Source of the DNA: Frankiaceae bacterium
GTDB taxonomy: Bacteria; Actinomycetota; Actinomycetes; JAFAQI01
DNA length: 49,068 nucleotides
Assembly (NCBI GenBank): GCA_030840585.1
Contig: JAVEEG010000081.1
Coordinates: 1 to 49,068 of the forward strand
Direction of reading: 5' to 3'
Shown piece after piece: positions 36,601 to 44,241 of the stretch (within the stretch, counting starts at the first letter, position 1; the number at the start of each line of letters is the position of its first letter). The notes under the pieces are model-generated. The model was not told the origin of the DNA and made no database searches. It saw only the letters and a list, made by a program, of their open reading frames with translations. Position numbers and translations under genes: made by a program.

Positions 36601-39466
36601 AGATGGCTCCGTACGTACAGCCGGAACCGCCGGCGTACGTCGCGATCGCGCGGGACGCGAGGGCGATGCCGCTGAGGGCGACCGGCTGCCTTCCGACGTT
36701 GACGGCGAGCACCCGGCCGGCGCTGCTGGTGCCGCCGGTCGTCGTCATCGCGTCGGTCATGAGCAGCAGGTCACGGCGGCTGTCGTAGGCGAGTGCGGCC
36801 GGCGCGATGTCGACGTTGTAGGCGGGCTTGCCGTCGACCAACGGTTCCGGCGTCGGCGGTGTCACACCGAGCAGCGCGGCGACCTGCGTGACCAGCGTGT
36901 GTGCGCGGCCGGCGACGAGATAGTCCTTGCCGCAGTAGTTGACCGCGAGGACCTGTTGGTCGAGTTGGTCGACGACGAACAGGGTGCCGCGCTTGCTGTC
37001 CAACGTCATCGCGCCGAGCCCGATGATGACGTCGAGATAGGTGTTGCAGAAGTCCTGGCAGTTGCCGGCGGCCGGGAACAGCGGCAGGTGCAGCCGCTGC
37101 ACCGGATGGCGGTAGACCGTGCCGATCGTGCCGGCTCGGACGGCGTGTCCTTGGGGCCGCAGCGTCTTCGCGGAGAAGTTGACGTACCGGACCGCGTCGC
37201 CGTCGGAGATGTAGAGGTTGTCGTACTGGTCGAGCAACAGGTACTCGGGATCTTCGAGCACCGCGTCTTGCGGGCGGCCACCGTCGCCGCCTCCGGCCTT
37301 CGGTGGTTGGCAGTCCAGGGTCAGACCGAAGTAGAACGGCGGCGCGACCGTGCACGACCGCGCCTTGCCGGCAGCGACCGTCACCATTCCGTCCGGCGCG
37401 ATCCGTACGACGACGCCGTAGTTCGGGATGGCGGCGTACGTGACGCCATGGCTGTCGGTGACCGCGTCGACGGCGTCGCCGAGGTCGGCGCCGGTGAGGT
37501 ACGCGCGGTTGCGTGCCATCGCACCGCCGGCGAGGTCGCCCGGGTGCGAGATGTCGCCGGTAGCGGACGATCCGATGCCGCAATATGCCGCTTGGCCGTT
37601 GCCGGCGAGCAGATGCGCGTGGCCGGTTGGCCCGACCTGCACGATCCGGCTGGCGCCCCAGTCGGACACGACGAGCCCGCGCGCGGTCGCGGCGACACCC
37701 ATCGGGTAGCTGAGCCGGTCGCCGAGGCCCGCGGTCTTGCCGCCGGCAACGGTGCGGACGATCCCGGCCGCGGAGATGTCGCGGACCGCGTCGTTGTAGG
37801 TGTCCGCGACGAGCAACCCGCCGTGACCGTCGGCCGACAGATCGCCGTAGAACCAGCCGTCGTGGTCGCGCACGTCGAACTGCGCGTTGCCGACCGGCCC
37901 GCCGTCGCCGGCGTACCCGGGTGCGCCACCGCCGAGGCTGGCGATCTCACCCGCCGCAACGCTGGTGCCGTACATCTGCGCCGGCTCGCCGCCGGTGTTG
38001 AGGCCGAGGAGGTAGACCGCCTTGCTCTCGACCAGCCAGACACTCGCGAACGGCGAGCCGACCCCGCGGTAGGTCTCGCTCGACGCGAGCAAGGCGAGAC
38101 CGTGCGGGCCGACGACCATCCCGGCGACGAACGGGATCCGGGCGGCGTCCGCGGCCGTCGGGACGTCGCCGGGCTTCGGTGACGGCGTGGTGCCGAAGGT
38201 CGTGTCGGTGAACGAGGGATACGAGCCGTCGCCCGCGATCGTTGCGACGGTGTCAGGGTCGACGACCACTGGCCCGTCGGTGCTGTCGTAGAAGGTCTTC
38301 TGTGCTGACGACAGGTTGAGGAAGCGGATCTGGGTCGCCGCGACGTACCCGGGCTGGTCGTCGCCGAAGCGCTGGTTGCGTGGCCCGTCGGCCTGCCCGG
38401 ACGGGTACGCGGTGATGCTGGAGTCCGCGAGGTAGAAGGTGCTGGAGTCGGCGACGTAGAGGTTGCCGTCGTCGTCGGCAGCCATCGCGGCGATGTTGTT
38501 GAACGCGGCCTTTTCGACCGGGCCGCCGTCACCGCGTCCGGGCGGGAGGGTGGGGGATCCGGCGATGAACTCGTTGGTGCCGTCGGCGCGCAGCCGCCCG
38601 ATCGCGGGAGCGCCGGCCGGCACGTCGCGGGCCTGCCAGTCCGAGCCGGCGGGGTGCCCGTCGTCGATGTAGCGGTTGAACGTGTAGAAGACCCCGCCGT
38701 GCTGGTCGGGGACGATGCGGACGTCGGTACCCTCGAGCGAATTCCAACCCCGGGCGACCCGGCCTTCGACCGGGCCGCTGAGGTTGCCGAGAGTGCGGAC
38801 CCGGCCATCGGGGTCGAGGGTGCGGATGTACGGCGTGGGCTGGGCGTGCAGGTCGGAGCCGACATCGACCCAGAAGATCCGGCCGGCCCGGTCGACGACG
38901 ACGTTGCCGGGGCTGACCGACGTCTGCAGGCCGTCCATCCCGTCGCAGCGACCGCCGAGGACGGTGTCGACCGTGCCGGGGCCGTGGGTGAGTTGGGTCG
39001 GCGGGTAGAAGACCGATTGGCGATCGCCGGCCAGCTTGGGATCCCAGGGGTCGGTCGTGCTGGCGCGCGCGGGCGCGGTGGGTGCGCCGGCAGCGGGCGC
39101 GACCGTTCGGGGCAGCAGCGGGTTGGGGACCTTCGCCGCACGGCCGGCCGGCTTGACGACGGGTGGCTTGGCCGGCTGGCCCAACTTGGCCGCCAGCTCG
39201 GCCTGCGATTCGGGCGTGACGGGGAGGCGCCCGAGGACCGGGGTGGCGGCGGGTACGACGAGTCGCCGGCCGTTGCGGACATCGAGGACCAGCTGGCGGT
39301 CGGCCACCGTGCCGAGCGACAGGAAGGGTGAGGTCAGGCGACCCGGCTTGTGCCCCGAGGTGCCGAGTGCTGCGTGCCAGCCGGGGACCCAGGCGAGCAG
39401 AAGGGTCGCGGCGAGCACAGCGCGCAGGGCCTTCTTGGCCCCGCCGCCGCCTTTAGTGCCGCGCAC
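33605..39466 (-). CDS. Giant (about 1950 aa) secreted, C-terminally anchored protein with NHL-type beta-propeller repeats and BNR/Asp-box (sialidase-like) repeats
   Basis: GGGGAGG SD before GTG 39466 (the track ORF begins at TTG 39550) and a signal peptide. Repeated LxxPxGVAxxxxGxLxVADxxNxxIR-like units lie at about 36.4-38.9 kb. The Asp-box SHSTDHGATW is near 35.2 kb, with degenerate copies. A Pro-rich stalk at about 33.85-34.15 kb is followed by a terminal TM and RSRRRE. Confidence 0.8.
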   Translation of the reverse strand: MRGTKGGGGAKKALRAVLAATLLLAWVPGWHAALGTSGHKPGRLTSPFLSLGTVADRQLVLDVRNGRRLVVPAATPVLGRLPVTPESQAELAAKLGQPAKPPVVKPAGRAAKVPNPLLPRTVAPAAGAPTAPARASTTDPWDPKLAGDRQSVFYPPTQLTHGPGTVDTVLGGRCDGMDGLQTSVSPGNVVVDRAGRIFWVDVGSDLHAQPTPYIRTLDPDGRVRTLGNLSGPVEGRVARGWNSLEGTDVRIVPDQHGGVFYTFNRYIDDGHPAGSDWQARDVPAGAPAIGRLRADGTNEFIAGSPTLPPGRGDGGPVEKAAFNNIAAMAADDDGNLYVADSSTFYLADSSITAYPSGQADGPRNQRFGDDQPGYVAATQIRFLNLSSAQKTFYDSTDGPVVVDPDTVATIAGDGSYPSFTDTTFGTTPSPKPGDVPTAADAARIPFVAGMVVGPHGLALLASSETYRGVGSPFASVWLVESKAVYLLGLNTGGEPAQMYGTSVAAGEIASLGGGAPGYAGDGGPVGNAQFDVRDHDGWFYGDLSADGHGGLLVADTYNDAVRDISAAGIVRTVAGGKTAGLGDRLSYPMGVAATARGLVVSDWGASRIVQVGPTGHAHLLAGNGQAAYCGIGSSATGDISHPGDLAGGAMARNRAYLTGADLGDAVDAVTDSHGVTYAAIPNYGVVVRIAPDGMVTVAAGKARSCTVAPPFYFGLTLDCQPPKAGGGDGGRPQDAVLEDPEYLLLDQYDNLYISDGDAVRYVNFSAKTLRPQGHAVRAGTIGTVYRHPVQRLHLPLFPAAGNCQDFCNTYLDVIIGLGAMTLDSKRGTLFVVDQLDQQVLAVNYCGKDYLVAGRAHTLVTQVAALLGVTPPTPEPLVDGKPAYNVDIAPAALAYDSRRDLLLMTDAMTTTGGTSSAGRVLAVNVGRQPVALSGIALASRAIATYAGGSGCTYGAICSYGDGSHSREAAFALPFGLAVDRDGSVYVAEFTNRIRRVDPDGVVGTIAGVSRNIYDVYSFGSAAAAWWFIGGECADGGAAATACFAGLHSMQLDPAGNLVVTDVLSGRVRRITHVAAAPLRPDVAPIRGAGWGFTPAVRLPNLGQESTDASLAVDAAGNVYAMSPMSGPGRGLSVFDLGGTARSMPCAVWSYALDADARGHDAPIYLGEPDLAYAAAKSSRTCSIAASPPGSTALAPPTGSADRLVFGSGSEQAGFPTSNVTAGASRDGAHTFLTSPNAALTTTPTGDLDNPSVVAIDGDTSGMVFQDTSDGVVDFALSRGGTQYVQLTHVVDTGLPEYGLAPRLTSQPVMRGADGLVPVFPTTITGCQHLIGPTYSCTGFEDTSASTIETVATTNRGLTWAKPSVLETLPCRTDAGWVSEAYCFGYHGLPQLAVDAGGTAYLAWDDGHHIVLSHSTDHGATWSKPTQVDSGVPNAAYPAIVAGDDGRVAVAFYGSTAPGRDIATPDHQWWVYLATSTDAKAAHPTFAQSVVSQSAVHEGGLCQTVGNICGWFGPTGPAEAGSGIQVAMDPRTGRAIVAYSESRGMHDDGSTAGIAMTRQCTGPSLLAHATARTCSTAPPATSSGPARCAPQGSDRAGDAQWSGSNQSALDLRRLGVQVAGGTLTATLDVAGFSAVPPTGATGSAWTMTWSNRGVQYFLRARSPAAGDPSAPSADASAPTVSYQWGTTASGRAETVAGSATGHVSGDTVVMSVPAAAVGDPQPGTRLADLAARTDVLTGGVADGPTGTWTTVDRMSTTTGYDPGLRCAPIGTATTIPPLPTPAGPARAAHTDPTPSPTVDPLPTVKVTPPPLLVPDPPVIPDCGVVPPAVPAPTPTPVRTPHHTHRHLFVPPPLIPPARLDDGGAPERGVAVAHPPPQGQAEAQQPASQPLSQAVGAGAPEDQTDPVASLALVRSGSSSDDAAWMLAAATLTMATGAGLALRSRRREQYGVEKIVP

Positions 39467-39571
39467 GACGCCTCCCCCGGCGGGCCAGGCGCTGGGGAAA
39501 AGCCTGGACAAGCCATGACAAACGGTAAGGCGCGGGTGTACCGCAGGCAAGGTAGGTCCGAAGCGCCGCGG

Positions 39572-40564
39572 CTAGTGAATGCCGTAGGTGTGCCAGGTGG
39601 CGATGCCGACGGACCAGGTCGTACCGAGCGGGTTCGCCACCCAGTTTGAGAAGCCCGCGTAGCTCGGCCCGGTCGCCTCAGTCGCCACCGCGAAGGACAA
39701 CTTGTCCGCCCACTGACCTTGACTCGAGTTGACGACGTTGGTGATGTCGTTCTCCGGATGCAGGTCTGGATTCGCCGGGACGCCGAGCCAGCAGCCGAAC
39801 GGATAGTCCCCCGGTGACGTCGGCTGCTTACCGTTGTCGCCGTACAGGCAAGGCCGAACCCCGCCGAAGACGCCGCCGTTGTCGGCCGGGGCAGCGCTCG
39901 ATTTCAGGACGAATGCGGTCGCCAGCGATTGCACGTAGGTGGGCTGGCGGAAGCTGAAGGTTTTCCCGCCACCGCGCAGCGTGCCGGCGGCGTAGCCGGA
40001 CTGCGGCGTGCACGGTAGGGGTGCGGAGTCACAATGGGTCGGTATCAAACCCAGGCCGCCGTTGATCCGGCCACCGGCCGTGTAGCTGCGCTTCCCGGTG
40101 AGATCAGGGCTGCGGATAGTCAGTCGCGCGGCGCCGTCGGTGAACAGGTAGAAGTCGGTCGCGCCGGTGTACATCAGCTCGGGCGTGCCCCACAGAATCC
40201 ACGCGTTCTTGCCGTCGGAGTCATTCATCTCGGGGTGGCCCGGCGGGTGCACGGCGATCATGAACATGTTCAGGCAGTGCGTCTGTCCGGGGGTTGCGGT
40301 CTTGCAGGAGTACTCGATCGACCGCGGGATCACGTGCACCGTCGCATAGGTGCCGCTGAGGACGGTGAGCTCCATTCGGCTCACCGGGGTCGATACGTTG
40401 CGCGGCGCGACCAGCGTGATGCCCTGCGCGCCATGGAAGGTGACCGTCGTGACCCCGCCCAGCGGAGCGGAGACGGTGCGCGGCCGCGCCCCAGCCGGGA
40501 CGGCCGCCACCATCGCGCTGAGCGCAAGGAGGACGGTCAGCCCACGGCTGAGGCGCGTACGCAT
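39572..40564 (-). CDS. Secreted Cys-rich protein, unknown family (330 aa)
   Basis: Signal peptide (LLALSAMVAAVPAGA) and 8 Cys; no motif recognised. Only 3 nt downstream of the preceding gene and about 100 nt upstream of the preferred giant-gene start (GTG 39466). Confidence 0.65.
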   Translation of the reverse strand: MRTRLSRGLTVLLALSAMVAAVPAGARPRTVSAPLGGVTTVTFHGAQGITLVAPRNVSTPVSRMELTVLSGTYATVHVIPRSIEYSCKTATPGQTHCLNMFMIAVHPPGHPEMNDSDGKNAWILWGTPELMYTGATDFYLFTDGAARLTIRSPDLTGKRSYTAGGRINGGLGLIPTHCDSAPLPCTPQSGYAAGTLRGGGKTFSFRQPTYVQSLATAFVLKSSAAPADNGGVFGGVRPCLYGDNGKQPTSPGDYPFGCWLGVPANPDLHPENDITNVVNSSQGQWADKLSFAVATEATGPSYAGFSNWVANPLGTTWSVGIATWHTYGIH

Positions 40565-40567
40565 CGA

Positions 40568-41155
40568 TTAACTCCAGGCCGTCGAGTAAACGGCGGGGTA
40601 CTTGTAGGTGATCGTGCCGACCTGAACGCTCACGTCGTAACGGGCGTGGCGCACCTTGCCGGTCGCGGGGTTGGTGATGTTGAGGACACACTGTGCCTCG
40701 ATCGGGCCGACCACTGCCAGGTCGTTGCTCGACGGGGTGGTCTGCGAGACCGGCGCGCAGGCCTCACCGAACGACGCGTTCGGCACGATCGCGTGCCAAG
40801 AACCACCAGCCGGGAGCGACGAGTTCGGGACCCAGTATTCGAAGCTGAGCTTCAGGGTCGCCTTGAAGCCCGTCTCGAACGACGCGCATTCGACGTTGCC
40901 CTCGGCGACATCCGTCTGCAGGACCGCGTCGATGGCGACCTGCGTGTACGGCGTGGCCTGCGTCGCGGCCGGCGTCGGCGGCTGGCAGGTGACACCCGGC
41001 GCCGAGCCGGTGGCGTAGACCGAGATCGCCACGGAGTTGTTGGTCGCGGTGTCCAGCGTGGCGGCGGCGATGTCGGTCGACAAGGCGCTGGCGTTCGTTG
41101 CCATCGCCAGCATCGCGGCTGCCGCGCCGGCGACAACAATTGCTGTCTTGCGCAT
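40568..41155 (-). CDS. Secreted protein, unknown family (195 aa)
   Basis: AGAGGGGGG SD, signal peptide (AAAAMLAMATNASA), 4 Cys, beta-rich composition. Confidence 0.65.
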   Translation of the reverse strand: MRKTAIVVAGAAAAMLAMATNASALSTDIAAATLDTATNNSVAISVYATGSAPGVTCQPPTPAATQATPYTQVAIDAVLQTDVAEGNVECASFETGFKATLKLSFEYWVPNSSLPAGGSWHAIVPNASFGEACAPVSQTTPSSNDLAVVGPIEAQCVLNITNPATGKVRHARYDVSVQVGTITYKYPAVYSTAWS

Positions 41156-41181
41156 GGAAAAGGCCCCCCTCTGGGCTACTT

Positions 41182-41201
41182 GTCCGGGATTGTTCCCGGA
41201 C
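41182..41201 (-). terminator. Short hairpin between the ligase operon and the secreted-protein operon
   Basis: gtccggga / tcccggac, an 8-bp stem with a 4-nt loop. It could be a terminator or a 5'UTR structure. Confidence 0.4.
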
Positions 41202-41268
41202 TACCGCAGAGTAGGTAGGTAGTAACGCTCGGTCAACGGAGGTTGAGCCTGTATGCGCGTGCTGCTCG

Positions 41269-42351
41269 TCATGGCTGGATAACGAGCGGACTCCATCTGA
41301 GGTGACGATCGTCGTAACGACCCTCGTCGACGGCGGCGAGGAATGCGGCCAGCCGAGCGGCGGGCACGACGAGGTAGCGGCGCCGGCGGCCGTCGTCGAG
41401 CTCGAACGCGACCCGGTCCCACCGCGCGACGACCGTACGCAACGTGAAGCCCGGCCGGACCACATCGTCCACGACCCGTCCGTGCATCGCCGCGCCCGAC
41501 GGGGCGGTCGCCGTGGCCGGTGGGTCGGGGGCCGGTTGCTCCAGCGGCAGCGGCCGCCGCCCGGCCACGATCGCGTCGACGACCGCTACGTCGCCGGCTC
41601 CCACCAGGTCCGTCGCCAGCGGACGCAACCGCGACCACACCCGGTCCAGCAACACACCGGCGGGCATCACGCCAGCGTCCGTGGGCACCGCCGCCGCGCG
41701 TCCGTCCCGGTAGAGGTCGACGCCTGCCGCGCAGCGGTCGACGTACCAGCCGAACCGGCCGGTCGCGCGCTCCAGCCGCGCCGCCGGCGTCGGCAGGTTG
41801 TCGAGTAGCCGCGGGCGCCGCGAGCAGGCGACGGCGCCGGCGATCGCGAACACGGTGGCCGCGCGCAGCTGCTCGCCGGCCGCGTACTCGCCGCCGATCT
41901 CCAGCCGCCCGCGCCGCGGCCGGACCAACAATCCGGGCGACTCGGCCCGGTCGAGCAGCAACATCTGCGGCAGTGCGAGTCGGCGAGCGAACCGGTCGGC
42001 CGCGCGCACGACCGCCCGATCCGGCGCGCTCACGTTGATGTGGGTCGAGTACCCCTCCAGCCGCAGGCCGCGCGGAACGGCCGCGCGCAGCCGCTGGTAA
42101 CCCAGCCGGGCCAGCGCCTCGATGTCGGCGGCGGCGCCGGTTTTGACAGCTACCGGCGGTGTCGCGACCTCGGCCTCGCGGCCGTCCGCGGTGATGACGC
42201 CGCCCCAGCGGCAGCGGTGCGCGTGCAGGTCGTCCGGATCCAGCCGGCGGCCGTCGAGTGGCAGCGCATCAATGAGCGCGGCGAAGTCACGTTGCCGGCC
42301 ACCGCGACCGAGTACGCGCCATTCGCGCTCGACGCCGGCGAGCAGCGTCAC
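41269..42351 (-). CDS. Divergent carboxylate-amine ligase (GS / GCS2 / PafA-like fold) with a C-terminal extension
   Basis: The GTG at 42351 overlaps the upstream stop (GTGA). Motifs are in family order: GVEREWRV (GxExE), GREAEVATPP (ExxxE-ATP), GYSTHINVS (H-x-N, compare PafA HENY), LLVRPRRGRLEIGG (compare GCS2 RP..G.LE.R). Confidence 0.45.
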   Translation of the reverse strand: MTLLAGVEREWRVLGRGGRQRDFAALIDALPLDGRRLDPDDLHAHRCRWGGVITADGREAEVATPPVAVKTGAAADIEALARLGYQRLRAAVPRGLRLEGYSTHINVSAPDRAVVRAADRFARRLALPQMLLLDRAESPGLLVRPRRGRLEIGGEYAAGEQLRAATVFAIAGAVACSRRPRLLDNLPTPAARLERATGRFGWYVDRCAAGVDLYRDGRAAAVPTDAGVMPAGVLLDRVWSRLRPLATDLVGAGDVAVVDAIVAGRRPLPLEQPAPDPPATATAPSGAAMHGRVVDDVVRPGFTLRTVVARWDRVAFELDDGRRRRYLVVPAARLAAFLAAVDEGRYDDRHLRWSPLVIQP

Positions 42352-43142
42352 TGCCGCTGGACGTACGCCGGCAGTACCGCCTGGGCGATGGCAGCCGCGA
42401 CCGAGGCGTCCCGGGCCGGGTTCACCAACCCGGCGGAAGAGCCCTCCTCGAGGGTGATCGTGGAGAAGATGACAGCGACCGGCCCGACCGGTACGACTGC
42501 CTCGGCCGGAAGGAACTGGGTCGTCCCGTTGACCTTCTGCAGGTACGGCGGGTGCACGAACGCACCCGGGCCAAGGGCCGGGATCGGCGTCGCCTTCACC
42601 TGCGCCGCGGTCAGCGTCTGCCGGATGTGCTCCACGCCGGCCGGCGGGTCGTACCTGATCTCGAGAGTGCGAAACGGCGAGGGGTCCTTGCCCGCGTATA
42701 GGCACGACGCCGGCTTGTTCTCCGAGGGGTCGAGCTTGGCGCCGAGCGCCTGCTCGGCTGCGGCCTGGGTGACGAGGTCACACGGCTTCGGCAGGCTCAC
42801 CGCCGATGGCACGGTCCGCGCCGGAGTGGTGAGCGGCGACGGCGACGGTGGGCCGATGACCGCGGGGTGCTCGCCGTGCTCGCCGGAACTACTGCTCTTG
42901 ACGGCCGCCGCGGCACCACCGGCCGCGGCGGTCACCAGCGCGCCGGCCGCGAGCAGTCCTACCGCGCCACTGCCGAACCCGCTCGCGCCGGATCGGGTCG
43001 CGGCGAGAGTGGCGTGCGGTTGCTGCCGAGCCTTGTCCCGCCGGCCGTGCGACATCGGCCGGCCGGTCACCGGATGCCGTTCGGCGGCGACGAGCGACTG
43101 CGGGTCCAGCCGCTTGCGCAGCCGGATCAGATCGAATGCCAC
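42348..43142 (-). CDS. Membrane-anchored protein with a DUF3558-like extracytoplasmic domain
   Basis: Basic N-terminus, a TM (AVGLLAAGALVTAAAGGAAAAV), and PCDLVTQAAAEQALG...SCLY as in DUF3558 lipoproteins. The start is uncertain (GTG 43142 or ATG 43055). Confidence 0.55.
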   Translation of the reverse strand: MAFDLIRLRKRLDPQSLVAAERHPVTGRPMSHGRRDKARQQPHATLAATRSGASGFGSGAVGLLAAGALVTAAAGGAAAAVKSSSSGEHGEHPAVIGPPSPSPLTTPARTVPSAVSLPKPCDLVTQAAAEQALGAKLDPSENKPASCLYAGKDPSPFRTLEIRYDPPAGVEHIRQTLTAAQVKATPIPALGPGAFVHPPYLQKVNGTTQFLPAEAVVPVGPVAVIFSTITLEEGSSAGLVNPARDASVAAAIAQAVLPAYVQRQ

Positions 43143-43152
43143 GTTGCCGTGG

Positions 43153-43446
43153 TCAGTGTTCGCCGCCGGCGCTCTTGGCCTCTTTGGCCTCGCGCCGTCG
43201 CTTCGACCGGTCCTCGACCTTCTCGGTCGCCGCGCCGAGGACCGCTCCGGCGAGGAACTCGCCGCCGGTCTTCGCGGCCAGGCCGCCGATCATCTCGCCG
43301 GTCGACTCGCCGCCCTCGGCTCGGGCGCCGCCGCCCTCGACGCTGAGACCACCGGCACCGCCCGCGCCGCCGGCGCCGCCTGGACCGCTCAACAATCCCT
43401 CGCGACCCTCGGTACCGAAGCCGGCCGCGTTGCCCTTCTCGCCCAT
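43153..43446 (-). CDS. Gly-rich, probably disordered small protein (97 aa) ending in ...SAGGEH
   Basis: GGGGAG SD lies 5 nt before ATG 43446. Composition is Gly/Ala/Glu-rich, with a basic helix (KVEDRSKRRREAKEAK) before the GGEH terminus. Confidence 0.6.
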   Translation of the reverse strand: MGEKGNAAGFGTEGREGLLSGPGGAGGAGGAGGLSVEGGGARAEGGESTGEMIGGLAAKTGGEFLAGAVLGAATEKVEDRSKRRREAKEAKSAGGEH

Positions 43447-43574
43447 CTGCACTCCCCGCTGTGACAGTCCTCGCAACGTTAAGGCGGCGGCCGTCAAGAT
43501 CGCAGCAAGTTCACTCAATGCGGTAGAAGAAGACCGCGGCCACCCGTACGCGGAGCGGTCCCTAGAGAGGCCGG

Positions 43575-43604
43575 ATAACGTTGCACGTTATTAACGGGAC
43601 GCGT
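43575..43604. promoter_or_regulatory. Overlapping palindromes (candidate HigA operator) immediately upstream of higB
   Basis: ataacgt-tgc-acgttat (43575-43591), cgtta-t-taacg (43586-43596) and acgcgt (43599-43604). This is an A/T-rich patch in a GC-rich genome. Confidence 0.6.
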
Positions 43605-43605
43605 T

Positions 43606-43899
43606 ATGCTGGACGCCGTGCTGCGCTCGTTCCGCGATCGCGACACGGAACGTGTCTGGCAACGCCTGGCGGTTCGCAAGTTCGGTCCGGACGTCCAGCG
43701 GGCAGCGCTGCGCAAGCTGCTGATCCTGGACGCCGCTGACTCCTTGCAGGACTTGCGGGTGCCGCCGGGTAACCGGCTGGAGAAGCTGAGAGGCGACCGA
43801 AAGGGGCAGCAGAGCATCAGGATCAACGACCAGTGGCGGATCTGCTTTCGCTGGACCGCGGCCGGGCCCGAAGATGTCGAGATCGCCGACTACCACTGA
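43606..43899 (+). CDS. higB: Type II toxin HigB (RelE/ParE superfamily, plasmid maintenance killer)
   Basis: LRSFRDRDTERVW...LDAADSLQDLRVPPGNRLEKLRGDRKGQQSIRINDQWRICFRW, a typical HigB sequence. Confidence 0.88.
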   Translation: MLDAVLRSFRDRDTERVWQRLAVRKFGPDVQRAALRKLLILDAADSLQDLRVPPGNRLEKLRGDRKGQQSIRINDQWRICFRWTAAGPEDVEIADYH

Positions 43900-43908
43900 G
43901 GAGGAGTG

Positions 43909-44211
43909 ATGAGAGCCAGCGCGATCATGCCGCCGATCCACCCGGGCGAGGTGCTGCTCACTGAGTTCCTCGAGCCGCTCGGCGTCACCCAGCACCGGCT
44001 GGCCGTAGCGATCAGCGTTCCGCCGCGCCGCATCAACGAGATCGTCCACGGCAAGCGAGGTATCAGCACCGACACCGCGCTTCGGTTGTCGCGCTTCTTC
44101 GGTACGACGGACCGGTTCTGGCTGAACCTGCAGAGTCGCTACGACATCGAGATCGAGCGAGACCGCCTAGCCGAGACCCTCGATCAGATCGAACCGCTCG
44201 CGATCGCCTAA
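43909..44211 (+). CDS. higA: Type II antitoxin HigA (XRE-type HTH)
   Basis: IHPGEVLLTEFLEPLGVTQHRLAVAISVPPRRINEIVHGKRGISTDTALRLSRFFGTTDRFWLNLQSRYD. GGAGG SD; ATG 43909 (the track uses GTG 43906). Confidence 0.9.
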   Translation: MRASAIMPPIHPGEVLLTEFLEPLGVTQHRLAVAISVPPRRINEIVHGKRGISTDTALRLSRFFGTTDRFWLNLQSRYDIEIERDRLAETLDQIEPLAIA

Positions 44212-44241
44212 CGCGCGGGAACTAGACGCTCGCTTTGTCGA

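Noticed and set aside
33314-38182. Very long plus-strand ORFs (33314-36106, 930 aa; 36254-38182, 642 aa) and an off-frame minus ORF (37381-39282, 633 aa) overlapping the giant gene
   Set aside because: Their translations are Arg/Gly/Pro/Ala-dominated and low in complexity, with no motifs. This is typical of stop-free alternative frames in DNA of about 70% GC. The 33605-39466 frame has coherent repeats, an Asp-box, a signal peptide and an SD.
41211-41222. Short (gtag)x3 tandem in the 41156-41268 spacer
   Set aside because: It is too short to distinguish from chance and has no flanking structure.
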